A DNA stretch of 53,448 nucleotides from Octopus bimaculoides (GCF_001194135.2 NC_068983.1:164719661-164773108), one strand, 5' to 3'. Positions 13,727 to 27,769 are shown, counted from the stretch's first letter. Numbers and translations are program-made. The notes: generated from the sequence alone by a model not told the origin.

Positions 13727-13976
13727 TTGGAGTAAAGATTATTTGCCAACATAACATGGCAGTCCAGGTTTAGGACGAATGTTGCTGTAATTTAGCCCCA
13801 GGAGACATCGTCCCCAGCTGGCTATACAACACGATCTGTGTCCTTGTTTGAAAATATAAGGACTCAGATTGTGTTGTATAGCCAGCTGGAGACAATGTCT
13901 CCTAGGGCTAAATTACAGCAACATTCAGCCTAAACCAGGACTGACATGTATTGTTGGCAAATAATCTTTACTCCAA
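13727..13976. mobile_element. 250-bp fold-back element (near-perfect palindrome), MITE-like
   Basis: Arms ttggagtaaagattatttgccaaca.. and ..tgttggcaaataatctttactccaa pair along almost their full length around a short central loop near 13850. Confidence 0.85.
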
Positions 13977-14601
13977 TTTTTCATTTGTAGGTCATGAAGT
14001 AAAGGATTCTTCTAGGATGGTTTACCTTAGATTGATGTGGCAAAGACGGAAAATCCTACAACGAATTACATATGTCACATATAAGCTTATTTTAAATCAA
14101 CGTTTGAAGAAAATACATTATATGATTATTACACTGAAGTCAATTGTAAGGGAAATTTCACATTTTTTCATTGATGTATTTTTATGGATTTTTAATTAGC
14201 AATTATTTTCAAATATATGTCATATTAGAATTTTTTCTTTACCATACGAACTCAATAACAAGAGACAAATCTGTAATATTGACGCATAATAAGTGACTTT
14301 TAAGCAATTACATACTCGTTTCACTTACACAGGATATCCAAGCGTATTTTTGTATTTTCCCAGATTGTTTTGGCTTCATTATTAATGTTGCAGATATATG
14401 TACCTAAAATCAAAGAACGCCGTAAGCACAGGAACGTTTAACCAAATCGTTGTCAGCAATTACATTTCAATACATGGACATACATGGGATTTTACACGAG
14501 ACTCGAAGTCGTAATATGTTCTGTGCAGAGTAAAAATCGGTGTACAATGGTGACTTAGCGATGTAGTGGAAGCGAAGATTGGGAGATATGAAGGAAGATT
14601 G

Positions 14602-14605
<4 letters not shown>

Positions 14606-14687
<82 letters not shown>
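14606..14687. repeat. (TA)n microsatellite
   Basis: Read directly. Confidence 0.95.
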
Positions 14688-14691
<4 letters not shown>

Positions 14692-15235
14692 AAATTTTGC
14701 GATTTTCATATACACATTATATATATATGAATATTTGTATGTATTCATGTAGGAATGTATGTATAAATTTATGTATATATGTCTCTATATACGAAGAAAC
14801 AGAGAGCAGGTGTTTGTGGGTGCAGCTAAAGTGAAATAGAATTGTGACTCCGACTGTATAATCGTTATTCGGCTGTAGAATGGACATTATGCGATCATAG
14901 GAGTGATTAATCTACTTCTTTTTAACAAAACATCTCAACTACTTTTGCGACACCGGAGATTAAGCTACACCCACACGTCTTAATCATCTTTTCTTCATTC
15001 AAAATAATGGTTTCTTTACTTTTTAAAATGTAATTTCGATGCATAGTATCTGCAGCATGCGTGTCTTTGGTCCAAAATATTCTGCTGCAACTGTATGTAA
15101 TAAATGCTTGTTCTTAAAATTTGATTAAAAAAGTTAATAGAAAGAATATGGTACAAAAACTATGAACATATCTTGAAGAGAGATATACATAGAAGCTGGA
15201 GCAGCAAGAAGTTTTCTTCCCAACCACATGGTTCC

Positions 15236-15527
15236 AAGTTGATCCGATCAACGGAACAGCCTGCTCGTGAAATTAACGTGCAAGTGGTTGAGCACTCCAC
15301 AGACACGTGTACCCTTAAAATAGTTCTCGGGGTATTTCAGTGTGACAGGTACAACAGAAACAGGAAGAAAGTGTGAGAGAAAGAGTACAGTAGGGTTCGT
15401 CACCACCCCCTGCCGGAGCCTCGTGAGGCTTTAGGTGTTTTCGCTCAATAAATGCTCCCAACACTCGATCTGGGAATCAAAACCGCGATCCTACGAGAGG
15501 CCGCTGCTCTAGCCATTGCGCCTCCAC
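15236..15527 (-). mobile_element. Family C-related SINE
   Basis: Shares the gtggagtgctcaaccacttgcacgttaatttcacgag tail. Confidence 0.65.
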
Positions 15528-15901
15528 TTCCGTTGATGTGTTACTAAATTGTAATATATCATCATGTGTGTATGTATGCATGTTTATCTAATGATATATT
15601 AGAATTTAGTAATATATCATCGAATGCAGTAGGAATTATATGAAAAATGGAGAAAGAGTGAGAAAAGTGATTGTGTATTGTATGCTGGAAATGATGTGAT
15701 GGAAAAAATATGGACGATAGATGAGAGAATGCAGAAAGACAAAATAGAATTTAAAAGCGTACAGAATGAAGAACAAAATCGCGTGACACAAAGAACTAGA
15801 TTGAAAAATGGAGAAACAGTTGGAGATAAAAATATTCGAAAAGGAAAGATTTTTACACGTTTACGTTTTAATTCTCTTTAAATGCAAGGAAGTGCGGAAT
15901 A

Positions 15902-16212
15902 TAGGCAGAGCTGTGACTGTTTGATAAAAAGTTGCCTCCTCAATGACATAGTTCTGGGTTCAGTCCCACGGCATGGCACCTTGGGCAAGTGTATTCTATT
16001 ATAGCTTCAGAGCGACCAAAGTGATGTAAGTGGATTTGGTTGACAGAAACTGAAAGGAGTCCGTCGTATATATACATGTGTATGTGTGTGTGTGTGTGTG
16101 CGTGTGTGTGTGTATTTGTCCCTCACCACTACTTGACGACCGATATTGATGTGTTTAGCTCCCAGTAACCTAGCGGTTCAGCAAAAGATCAGTGGAATAA
16201 GTAGCAGGCTTT
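15902..16212 (+). mobile_element. Family B SINE lacking its tail
   Basis: gggttcagtcccacggcatggcaccttgggcaagtg.. Confidence 0.75.
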
Positions 16213-16239
16213 ATAAAGTCTACTGAAACAGATTTATCC

Positions 16240-16307
16240 TTTTATTTTCTTTTATTTCTTTCACTTCTTTCAGTCATTTGACTGCGGCCATGCTAGAGCA
16301 CCGCCTT
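16240..16307 (-). mobile_element. Isolated family B 3' tail
   Basis: Reverse complement aaggcggtgctctagcatggccgcagtcaaatgactgaaag. Confidence 0.7.
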
Positions 16308-16371
16308 TCGTTGAACAAATCGATTTAAACACAGAATTTAAAATCTTGCATGAAATACACGTCCCGTTCTT

Positions 16372-16585
16372 CTTTTCTACTCTAGGCACAAGGCCCGAAA
16401 TTTTGGAGGAGGGGGCCAGTCGATTAGATCGACCCCAGCACGCAACTGGTACTTAATTTTTCGACCCCGAAAGGATGAAAGGCAAAGTCGACCTCGGCGT
16501 TATTTGAACTCAGAACGTAAAGACAGACGAAATACCGCTAAGTATTTCGCCCTGCGTGCTAACGTTTCTGCCAACTCGCCGCCTT
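16372..16585 (-). mobile_element. Full-length 214-bp family A SINE with a 15-bp TSD
   Basis: TSD acac(g/a)tcccgttctt at 16357-16371 and 16586-16600. Confidence 0.9.
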
Positions 16586-16644
16586 ACACATCCCGTTCTT
16601 CGATGTTTCAGCTTTTCTTTCAGAACAGCAATTCTCTCACTATA

Positions 16645-16855
16645 ATTAATTTCAAATATTGGCACAAGGCCAGCAATTTCGGGGAAGGGGCAAGTCGATT
16701 ACATCGAGTCCACTGTTCACCTGGCACTTATTTTATCGACCCCAGAATGATGAAACGAAAGCTGACCTCTGCGGCATTTGAACTCAGAGTTTGAAGACGG
16801 AAATATCGCTAAGAATTTTGTTCAGAGTTCTAAAGATTCTACCAGATCACCACTT
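16645..16855 (-). mobile_element. Family A SINE, diverged
   Basis: Reverse complement of head, core and older tail. Confidence 0.7.
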
Positions 16856-17112
16856 TGCTTTTCTCTCAGTATGATCAACGAATTTTCTAAATTTACTTAT
16901 TTTAACAGAGTTGAGAAGGAACGCTTCAATTTTTTTCAGCAAAACCACTTGGTTTCCGAATATTTTTTTCTTTATGTCAATCAGTAAATAGAATTCTACG
17001 ACTTTTATTTATACCAGAAAACCTATTCTGTTTACCACAATTCTGCTGGCGTGGAAAATAGCAAAAGTTGTTTCGTGATTCTTTTGGCGATTCCAGATTC
17101 AGTTTAGAATTA

Positions 17113-17642
17113 CGAGAATCCCTCGACTATCGCGTGTGTTACGTTCACAAAACCCCGCCAAGTAGAAACAGTACTGTACTGTATATTCTTTTTTTTATTA
17201 TTGTTATAATTTGAATATATTTATTTTATCAGACGATCATAAAATAGAGGAAAACAACAAACAGAAGTGTGTCTATGGTGCTAAAAAGCTATTATCTAAT
17301 TAGTTAAGCTTAACTAATTAAATAATGGCTTTTAGCACTAAAGATACATTTCTATTTGTTGTTTTTCCTCCATTTTATGATCGTCTATATATACATTAAA
17401 CTACGGTTTACCCTTTTAAATTACCTGCTGCCGAATACCTTATACCAAGAACCATACTTACGGAGGTAATTGCCAGGAGTGCCTCTGGATATTTCTATCC
17501 CGTAGAGGGTTAACAACTCTAACTTATACCTTATATAACATATTTATTTTATTATAAATGCAAAACAACACCACGAAAATATCGACGTAAGCTTAAATAA
17601 TAAACCGCAGGAGGTAAACCGCGATATGGCGAGGGATTACTG
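17113..17642. mobile_element. Probable pogo/Tigger-like non-autonomous DNA element with degraded TIRs
   Basis: Left end (ta)cgagaatccctcgactatcgcg; right end reverse-complements to cagtaatccctcgccatatcgcgg. Confidence 0.55.
17231..17386. repeat. 156-bp loopless imperfect palindrome
   Basis: agacgatcataaaat..aattagttaag|cttaactaatt..attttatgatcgtct, symmetric about 17308/17309. Confidence 0.9.
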
Positions 17643-17723
17643 AACTCCAAATATGCTCCTTCTCTGCACTGTGGCATGGTTCACGAAACAGCTGTTATCT
17701 CTTACAAAATGGACAACCCTGAA

Positions 17724-18282
17724 TTCTTTTATCTTTTACATGTCTTAGTCAATTGACTGCGGTCATGCTGGGGCATCACCTCGAAGAATTTTTAATCGAA
17801 TGAATCGACTCCCATGCATTTTTTAAAATCCCGGTATTATTGTATCGGTCTGTTACGCTGAGCCGCTAAGTTACGGGGACCTAAATATACCAACACCAGT
17901 TGCAAATTGGTGGTGGGAGATACTTGCGCGCGCGCGCGTGTATATATTGTTGTAATTTACAAAAACAAACAAAGGACAATGACAGATGTATGAACACCAA
18001 ACAGGTGTATTAGTTTGACGCTCGGGTAAGTGAGAAAGTCTTTTATCTTTCCAGACTTCGCTCTTCAACAGAAAGGAATAAGAGAAAATAAAAAGAGAGA
18101 GAATACACACACACACACACACACACACAATGGCCTTCTTCCAGTTCCTGTCTACCAAATCTGCTCACAATGATTTGGTCGGCTGTAGTAGAAGACACTT
18201 GCCCAAAGTGTCATACAGTGAAATTGAACCTGGAACCTTGTGATTGGGAAGCAAGCTTTTTACCACATAGCCACGCCTGCGC
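17724..18282 (-). mobile_element. Family B SINE split by another repeat (3' part 17724-17920; 5' part 18130-18282)
   Basis: Both halves are recognisable; the intervening 17955-18103 matches 20261-20400 in reverse complement. Confidence 0.7.
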
Positions 18283-18769
18283 TTTGAGAAATTTATGAAT
18301 GCGGAAACCTTTATGGAAAATATCAGAAATTAGTTTAAGGTTTATGGTAATTCTAATGTTAAAGACATTCTGGATATCAATATAATATTTAGGTACAATC
18401 AAATAGTGCAGTCGTGGAAAACTTAACGTGAAATCACTGCATATGTATACATTTTAAACCACCTGCTAACCACAGGTTAGCAGGTTATTTTTAAGCCCCA
18501 CAGTTTAAAAATATATTGCCAGTCTCGTGAGCAATTGCATATTTAACATTTTTCGATTATGCATTCTTTAAAATGTTGCTCTAAGGCAAATAAAGAAATG
18601 TATTAATAAACGAAGTAAATTGTGTATAAATCCCATTCACGAATGTTAGCTCTTGCAATACTAGATGTTTCTAAATTTAGCATGGATGCATATCCACTTT
18701 GCTTTTAAGTATCATAAGGTATTTATAAAAATTTAATAGTAATAGCGTTTACGGCTTCGAACGGACAGT

Positions 18770-18975
18770 GCCGTTTGCTCGCTGGGCAGAATGTTTAGCT
18801 GTATTTCGTACATATCTAAGCCCTAGGTTCATATGATCTCTGTGTTGAATTATCTTTTCCTCCCTTTCGAGGGCGATGATTACCAGTTAAGCACTGGGTC
18901 GATGAAATCGACTTATCCTCTCACAAAAAAAAAAAAAACATTCCGGTTTTGTGCCAAAATTAGAAACCAATATTA
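18770..18975 (+). mobile_element. Family A SINE, highly diverged
   Basis: Recognisable taccagtt..ctgggtcgat and tgtgccaaaat tail. Confidence 0.55.
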
Positions 18976-19624
18976 ATAATAATTCTTTCTACTATTGGCA
19001 CAACGACTGAAGTTTAGAAACGAACTTTGAGATTCAATTTCTGTCAGATACAATATTATCTAAAATTGATTAAGCCTAGCCATCACTTGAATAACTTTTC
19101 AATGTAACTGCCTTTCTTAACCACATCGCGTCCTATTCCCTGTATAGGGGCAATAATTTAAACGTCATCTCTACCGGATTCCCCAGTGAAGTGGTAATAA
19201 GCAACACACATACAAAAGAAATATGGAACCGATTATGTTTTCGTTGGTTTCCTTGCAATGTTTACGCTTGCGGTGTATATTCAACTATTTATTTTTTGCT
19301 CAAGGGTCCAGGTGCAGAGTAAATTAGACACAGGGTCCCAGGTCCGAGAGGGTTAACTGCAGTTTCAGCACGAAATGTTGAAGGATATTCCAACGTGACA
19401 TCGTTTCTTATGCGTTTTACCTTGAAAACTACAAAACCCTTCAGATTTAGTGTTTGTGAAATCCGCCCTTTCAGCGATCGGTCAACCCCCTACAAAACTT
19501 TCGACTAAATTTGTTTCACTTTCTTCTCGCTTAAATATCGAAATTATGGAGATCAAAGTCTTGTAGATGGTAATTACTTGCACAATTAAATACATCATTA
19601 GCTGAAGTTGATATTTACAATAAT

Positions 19625-19790
19625 TAAGCGGTCAGCTCGGCACCCCGGACAAAATACTTCGAGGCATAACCGAAGTCCACTTACCCTTGTGGGATCGTAA
19701 AATAAGTAGAAGCTGAGTACTGGGGTCGATGTCATTGGCCTATCCCTATCCCGAAACTGCTGACCTTGCGCCAAAATTCGAAACCGATAT
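19625..19790 (+). mobile_element. Family A SINE, diverged with internal deletion
   Basis: ccggacaaaatac head fragment; gagtactggggtcgatg..gcgccaaaattcgaaacc tail. Confidence 0.6.
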
Positions 19791-19796
19791 TTACAA

Positions 19797-19879
19797 TATG
19801 TTAAGAGCATATAATTTAGCTCACTATTTTACCTACGGACCCTGGAACTCCTGATGGTAAATTATATGCTCTTAACATA
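19797..19879. repeat. Perfect 22-bp inverted repeat with 39-nt spacer (mini-MITE-like)
   Basis: tatgttaagagcatataattta (19797-19818) and taaattatatgctcttaacata (19858-19879). Confidence 0.8.
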
Positions 19880-20260
19880 CTGGGCTTCTAGACTACTTGT
19901 CTAAGCCGTATTTCCTTTCCATTTCCTTCTTCCTTCTGTTTATATTATATGCTCTTGTCTTTCACATTGATGAAGATCCGTTCCCTTAATTAGAATGTTC
20001 TATGAAGATGAAAAACTTTATTCTCGCATTTATTTATAGACTGCATTTTGGCAACCGATCAGTAACGGCCTAAGATATGTTACGTCACCTATTTTGTTAT
20101 GTCATGCTTTGTATTAAAAAATAAGCTACAAATGTGGTCGAATCGATGAGTTGGGTAATCTGTGATTTTCTCCACTTTATAAGTATTTGCCTAATATCCT
20201 TTTTTTGTCTCCTTTTTTTGTCTCCTTTTTTCTCGCTTTTTTCTCTCCTTTTTCTCTCCT

Positions 20261-20400
20261 TGTTTCTTTCTGTGGAAGAGCGTAGGCTCGAAACGTTAAA
20301 AACGTTTTCACTTCCCGAGCGTTATACTAATACATCTGTTTGTTTTCTACACCAACTGTCTTCGTCTTTTGTTGTTTTTTTTTGGTGAATTCTTCCCATA
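20261..20400 (+). mobile_element. Short dispersed repeat, possibly a Penelope pseudo-LTR derivative (second copy 17955-18103, minus strand)
   Basis: gaagagcgtaggctcgaaacg..cccgagcgttatactaatacatctgtttg is shared with the minus-strand copy; the class assignment is inference. Confidence 0.45.
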
Positions 20401-20820
20401 TATATATATATATAAAACAAACTGCTTATATTTAGAATATACATATCTCTGATTTAACTCGACACTCCACTGAGCTTCTTATAAAAGCAATGATCGAAAT
20501 CCGAAGCAGAACATGCTCTGGTTTATAACGGTATGTTGCATGCAGTAATCATTTTAAAATTGATGTGTGAACAATATTTCCTGGGGAGATAATACAAAGT
20601 GTGCAAAAAGCAGCGAATGCCTGCATTTGCGCGGGTGTATATCGTCACTAAAGACTTGCGTTATATCGTGTTTGAGATAATGGAGATAAGCAACATGGGA
20701 TAATCTGCGAAGAATATACCCACGCAGTCTAACGAATTTTACACAAGGATGCTGCGAGGTAAATAGATTCGGTGCGAAGTCGATTGTAACATTCTAACTT
20801 GTTAAATGCCGTAAACAGTA

Positions 20821-20954
<134 letters not shown>

Positions 20955-22204
20955 TGTTTTACTTTGAGCTGTAGCAATATGCAGTTAACAAACGACATTT
21001 TTTTTTGTTGCAACCATTTAATTTCGTTTGCTCTCTTTGAAATCTATTCGTTTTAATCGACGTAGAAGTCTGCATCCACCAATAACAAATCAAATCAATA
21101 ACATCTGATACCTCGTAATATCCATTCAGATTTGAGTTGACTTATTCTGTTCCTTATTATAAATATTTATACACCAATCTCTGTAGTGATATTTTGAAAT
21201 GAATTCTCTTTTACGAAAGATTTTTTTGTTAATTTGCATTTTACGAATAAAGTTTACACAAGCACCCTTCTATCAATCATCAATTTTCTTGAACTTATTT
21301 GCTATTCTTGCTGTGTCTTGGGTGGGTCATTACACCAGTAATAATAATACACACACGCTGGGTCAATATCACTTGTGTATAGTTAGTGAATTGGTTAAAT
21401 ACATACCCAACAACAAATCAATTGTTTGTTGCATGTACTGGTTAAACAAGCAACCGAAGTTCATTAGTTACCGCTAGTGATCTTTTCAGTGACCTAGTGA
21501 AATCCTAGACTCTCGTTCCTGAGTATAATTTATGTATATGTTTAAATACCAATAGGATTTACATTTAAATTTCAATGGCTTCACATTCTAAATAGAAATT
21601 TCGAAATATTTAATTTCCTTATCTTGTATAGCAGTTTCTCCTATCTTCAATGGTTGAGCCTTTTCTATATCAAAAGCTACGAGGCACCTTAACAATTCTT
21701 TATAAGACAAGTTCGTACGTATTCTTCCTTTGGTCTTCCATAACAACAGTGTCAAGACTTATTTATCTTACGGATTCAATTGCTTGCGGAGAGGAAATGG
21801 TCGAGAGGTAAAATATTGAAACAACAGCCTTGTGAAGCGTATGTTCAACCATACTGAATGTATTTCGTTGTTTCATCCGTCTGACAGTGTTAATTATCTT
21901 GAACTAACTGAAGAGAGAATTCTTAAGGCGATATAAGGATGTTACCTACGTTAGAACGGTTCCCTAGCTGGGGGAAAATATATCTCTCAAACAACTATTT
22001 CAGACGAAGAAAGAAAATCTAAAATAGCTCTCTCCATTTTGCATTTTCTAAAACTAAAATTATCAGATAGCCTTCGGCATTTATACTAAGTAGCGACGAG
22101 GCGTGAGAAATCATTCAGCCAAGAATATAATCAAGCGAAAATCATGAAATCATTAAGGGAATATAACACTCTACGGCAAAGGCATTTTCTAAAGTACACG
22201 TACA

Positions 22205-22256
<52 letters not shown>

Positions 22257-23118
22257 NNNNNNNNNNNNNNNNNNNNNNNNNNNNNNNNNNNNNNNNNNNN
22301 NNNNNNNNNNNNNNNNNNNNNNNNNNNNNNNNNNNNNNNNNNNNNNNNNNNNNNNNNNNNNNNNNNNNNNNNNNNNNNNNNNNNNNNNNNNNNNNNNNNN
22401 NNNNNNNNNNNNNNNNNNNNNNNNNNNNNNNNNNNNNNNNNNNNNNNNNNNNNNNNNNNNNNNNNNNNNNNNNNNNNNNNNNNNNNNNNNNNNNNNNNNN
22501 NNNNNNNNNNNNNNNNNNNNNNNNNNNNNNNNNNNNNNNNNNNNNNNNNNNNNNNNNNNNNNNNNNNNNNNNNNNNNNNNNNNNNNNNNNNNNNNNNNNN
22601 NNNNNNNNNNNNNNNNNNNNNNNNNNNNNNNNNNNNNNNNNNNNNNNNNNNNNNNNNNNNNNNNNNNNNNNNNNNNNNNNNNNNNNNNNNNNNNNNNNNN
22701 NNNNNNNNNNNNNNNNNNNNNNNNNNNNNNNNNNNNNNNNNNNNNNNNNNNNNNNNNNNNNNNNNNNNNNNNNNNNNNNNNNNNNNNNNNNNNNNNNNNN
22801 NNNNATATATATATATATATACATACATAAAAATTTTCATTATTTATATATAATGAAGAAAGCCATACGCAATATATAACCAAAAAGGAAAACTTCAATT
22901 GTCAGTAGTTGTAATTGAGGGTGCAAGGTAGCATCTCCATTACTAGAAGTAAGAGCTAAAAAACTGCTAAAACCTAAGGAAGCAAATTTTGATATACTGA
23001 CGGGGAAGATAACCGCCCCACACCGAGCGAGATGACTATACGATACATTCATCTAAACATTAAAAACTTATCAGTAGTGAGTACCCCGTCGCTGGATGGC
23101 TTAGCTAAATCCTTACTA

Positions 23119-23164
<46 letters not shown>

Positions 23165-24175
23165 TATATAGCTGCTACTAATAGTTTCTTGCCAAAGAGA
23201 CTCGTGGTTCGGCAGATTTTGATAACGGGCCTGAAACAAAGCACCATGAGAAACCTGTCTGACCATGAGGCGACGTCTAACGTAGAAACATAACTCCATC
23301 ATTTGGATTTATGTAGCAATAACGGTGAGAATTATTTGTTCGACTTTTAGGCGCGCTTTGAGTATTTACAGTTTTTCCGTTTACTAATCAACTTTGCCCA
23401 TTGCATTTCAGCTCCTCGCTCTCTCCACAAAATATCACCGTTTCCAAATAACATTCCAATTATTTGGTAATATAGTTCACAAACAGCTATTCGTACAAAT
23501 ACATTTATATAATCCGGGTGGTGTAGCTCTTTGTTTAGAAGTTGTTAACTCATAATCATTCTTTCTCGCTCGCTTTTGAAACAAGCTTTATCGTCTACGA
23601 GGCAGTTAATCTTTACTACAAACGTTGTAAATTTTTTTTTATCGATGTTCTTTCTTGATATGAGGGTTTCTTTATGTTTGTATTTGATGAGGTTGTTCCA
23701 TTGCAATTTCTGTTACTAAAACGTATTTCCTTTATAGTTTGTGTATGAAGTTTGATCAAGCAAATATGGTGTAGAAAGACACTTTAAAATGTGCACCGAC
23801 TGTCGTGACAAGTTACCGAAAATTTATCATCGTTCGAAATGTCCACACTTTACTACTAAGCTCGACGAAGTTAGGCAACAACTACCGTAGATTCACATAA
23901 TTTATTGTTCAGAATCCATACCACTATCTAGATAAATTGAACAGAGAAAACATAACTTGTATTTTATGCTATAAAATGTACACTTGTTTAAGCCTGTTGG
24001 ACCAGATGAACTACACAATACAACGACTTGAGAAGCCGAGTAGACTGCGTTGTCATGTTGAGTAATAGTGCCAAGAGGTTTGTGTCATAACGACATTTGG
24101 GTAACTAAAACACTTGTAAGTTATACAGAACATAAAATAGCGGTTGCGTTTTATGTGTTCATTCGTTTCTCTCCT

Positions 24176-24240
<65 letters not shown>

Positions 24241-25672
24241 TTCTCTCTCTCTCTTTCCCTCTCTCTCTCTCTCGCTCTCTCTGTATATATATATATATAT
24301 ANNNNNNNNNNNNNNNNNNNNNNNNNNNNNNNNNNNNNNNNNNNNNNNNNNNNNNNNNNNNNNNNNNNNNNNNNNNNNNNNNNNNNNNNNNNNNNNNNNN
24401 NNNNNNNNNNNNNNNNNNNNNNNNNNNNNNNNNNNNNNNNNNNNNNNNNNNNNNNNNNNNNNNNNNNNNNNNNNNNNNNNNNNNNNNNNNNNNNNNNNNN
24501 NNNNNNNNNNNNNNNNNNNNNNNNNNNNNNNNNNNNNNNNNNNNNNNNNNNNNNNNNNNNNNNNNNNNNNNNNNATGTATATATATATATATATATTACA
24601 GTTCTTGTGAAACATCAAAGACGACTTTGACAGAAAAACTTATTTACATGAGGAAAATGTACACATATACAGACACACACTCACACGCACATTTATACAT
24701 GCGTATGTGTGTATCCATGTGTGTGTGTGGGGGGGGACCCATTGGCTACATATGTGTATGTACATTTATCGGCAAGAACTAAATTAGCCATTATACACGA
24801 TAATTATTAATCAAGTACCCATATGCATTTTATGGAGAAAAATCTCAGAATTAATGAGATGTTTTCAGAGAATTGGCTTTTGCCGATGACTGAAAATCTC
24901 TTCGTGAAATCGGCTAAAAATATACATCCTGCTAAATTATTCTTGCCCCCAAATTATGTTTGCATTAATTTCGTTTTATTGATCTCACTAAGCTACTAGA
25001 TATGATTTAATGGCGTATAAAGACATATACATACATACGTACATACATACACACACATACATACATACATATATATATATATAACACAAAAAATCTCTCA
25101 GATATCATCATTTCTATAAATAGATTTGGCATCATTTCTAAGAACAGCCAAACACCTACTGGGGTTTAAAAATCTTATCCCTACAACCCACACAAAACAA
25201 TAAATTAAAATATCATCATTTCTAAAAATAGATTTAACATCANNNNNNNNNNTTTATATATTTATATATTTGATCCTTTATATTGAACACTCAATATTTC
25301 ATCTACATTCAATACTTTCTTTCATGGTGCCATCCATTTTTATTTTATTTTATTTTATATTGTATATTGTATATTATATTATATATTGTATATTCCAAAT
25401 TCTATACCCCACATTAGTTCTGCAGGAATATAAATAAAACATAAAAAACAGACAGTGTTGGAACTCTTTTAAGCAAAATAATATATTCCTCTATACACAA
25501 TCATACAAAAAACCCCACCTTTTTTGTATTTATTTTTACTCGCATATATATAAACATATATATATGTATGTATATATACATATGTAATATATATATATAT
25601 GTACGTATGTATAAATATATATATATATATGTATTTATGTATATATACATATATAATATATATATATGTATG

Positions 25673-25755
<83 letters not shown>

Positions 25756-26317
25756 GTGTGTGTATGTATAATTACCTGGCCTTTTCCCCTCACTCAAAAC
25801 GTGTAGACGATTCTATTAATTCCTCACAAAACACCATTCTTTGCAGTGTATTAAATTTCATCAGAAAACTGTCACTACAGAATGATGAATAAATCGATAT
25901 CCAATTGTTAATATGAATTATCGTGGCGAAAATAGTAGCATGTAGATGATAATGAAAAAGAAAAACAGCTGATGGTGGGAGATATAAACGTGGAGCTAGT
26001 CCCTGCCAGTTTCCTCAAAGAGAAATAAAAATTTTATACAATGTTCACAATTGCCGAATACATTTGCTTTCGTTTCTTTTTGTCCTTTCTGTTGTGATAT
26101 GTCCACTCCATCACAGATATAGCCATAACGGTATATTACGGATATTTAGACTTATATGTTTTCATGCAAGTAGTTGTTTGTGTGAGTGGGTGTCAATATA
26201 TAAAGACCTGTATGTGTGTGCAGATTTATATGTATGTATATGCAGGTTTATATGTATGTATATGCACCTATTAATTTTCCTTTAGATATTGAACCACTCT
26301 ATTTGTGAATGCGTGCT

Positions 26318-26376
<59 letters not shown>

Positions 26377-27687
26377 ATGACCAGAACATTGAAAAACTGA
26401 AAGACTTCTCTTTGTTTGTCTTTTTTTCCACATGCAACTCTCATATGACATATCATATTTTGGCCCAAATGTTTTGCAAAGATTATTCAATGATTTTTCT
26501 CGTAAGCGTTATGTGAATTGAGATATTTTGCAAGTTGATAAGGATATAGAGCATGTTGTGTATGTACGTATGTATGTGCGTGTAAGCGTGTGTGCGTATA
26601 TGTGTGTGTATGTGGGTGTGTGCGTGTGTAAAAATATCTTTCGAGGTTTCTAGACTACAAATTAGTCAACCAAACTTTTGAAGTAAATTGAAAACTGTTT
26701 TATGGGTTTTCAGGTTTTGTTCGTCTTCTCCTTATCATAACGAGTCTCCATCTATTACTGGTGCGGCCCTTCCTTTCATACGCCACCTTTTTGTCTATTT
26801 CATTTACAAAGACCATTATATTTTAGCAGTTTATCGATTGCTTCTGAGCGTTGTCTTGATAAGAAGGCATTGTTATTTCTACAGAAATTTTTTCTCATCC
26901 TTAGTAGCAATTTTTCAATGAGTTATCCTGATCTCCTCCGCCATTTACAAATGACATGTCTAAGACGAATATAGCCAGTATATTGTCATATAAGAAGACT
27001 CGTATATGCTGATGCCATTTTTATCCAGTTTCCATTCGATCTGTGAATGTAGCTACCGAATTAACCGTGCATTAACCGTATATGGGATGTGGTCGGATTA
27101 TGCAAATCCTGAGCGGTCAGATATGTCAGTGTTGCAATGTAACAGTTGCAAAATCTTCACTTAATTTTAGCCTATCCTATCATTATTTTCTACTGAAACC
27201 TTTCTCAAACTAGACACCAATCATGACCAGCTAAAAAATAATCTTACTGCTTCTTTCAACCAAGAATTTGGGGTTGGTTTTTAAGGTTTCATTTGGCTTT
27301 CGTCCTCTTTGTAAATTTCTGGAGGAAACTCAGCATCCGGTGGTTTCTATTTTCTTTTAGTGTCATTTGGAATTCAGTTTTGAAATTTTCTAATGTTTTA
27401 TCCATATTAAAACCATTTTTCTTCAGCTTCTACTTTGTACTTTATTGTTTCTTTATATAGAAATGTTGGCACTACTTAGATTATGTTGGAGATTTCGCAC
27501 TAACGCAGACGTTTCGAGATGAATGCAGATGAGCAGCGTTGTAATCAAAGTAAAAGTGAGAGAACTTCATCCTTCCTAGCCAATGACATTTCACTCATGC
27601 GTCTTTTGTTTATTCTTACTAAATTTTTTATTGTATTAAATGTTTAACACAAAACGTTTACTTATACATTATGTGTGTGTATCTATG

Positions 27688-27769
<82 letters not shown>

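Noticed and set aside
19329-19356. piggyBac-like end (..gagagggTTAA)
   Set aside because: No matching correctly oriented left end was found; the similar word at ~19830 faces the wrong way.
21650-21807. Candidate globin exon 1 (M..IACGEEMVER, AG|GTAAAA, phase 2, Gly at the B6-equivalent position)
   Set aside because: B10 would be Val and the only Trp lies 19 residues before the Gly rather than about 11, so helix A does not fit. Probably chance; worth only an RNA-seq glance.
27082-27213. Short ORF starting MGC (acylation-like motif seen in globin X)
   Set aside because: It ends in a stop with no globin helix A/B similarity and no suitable donor.
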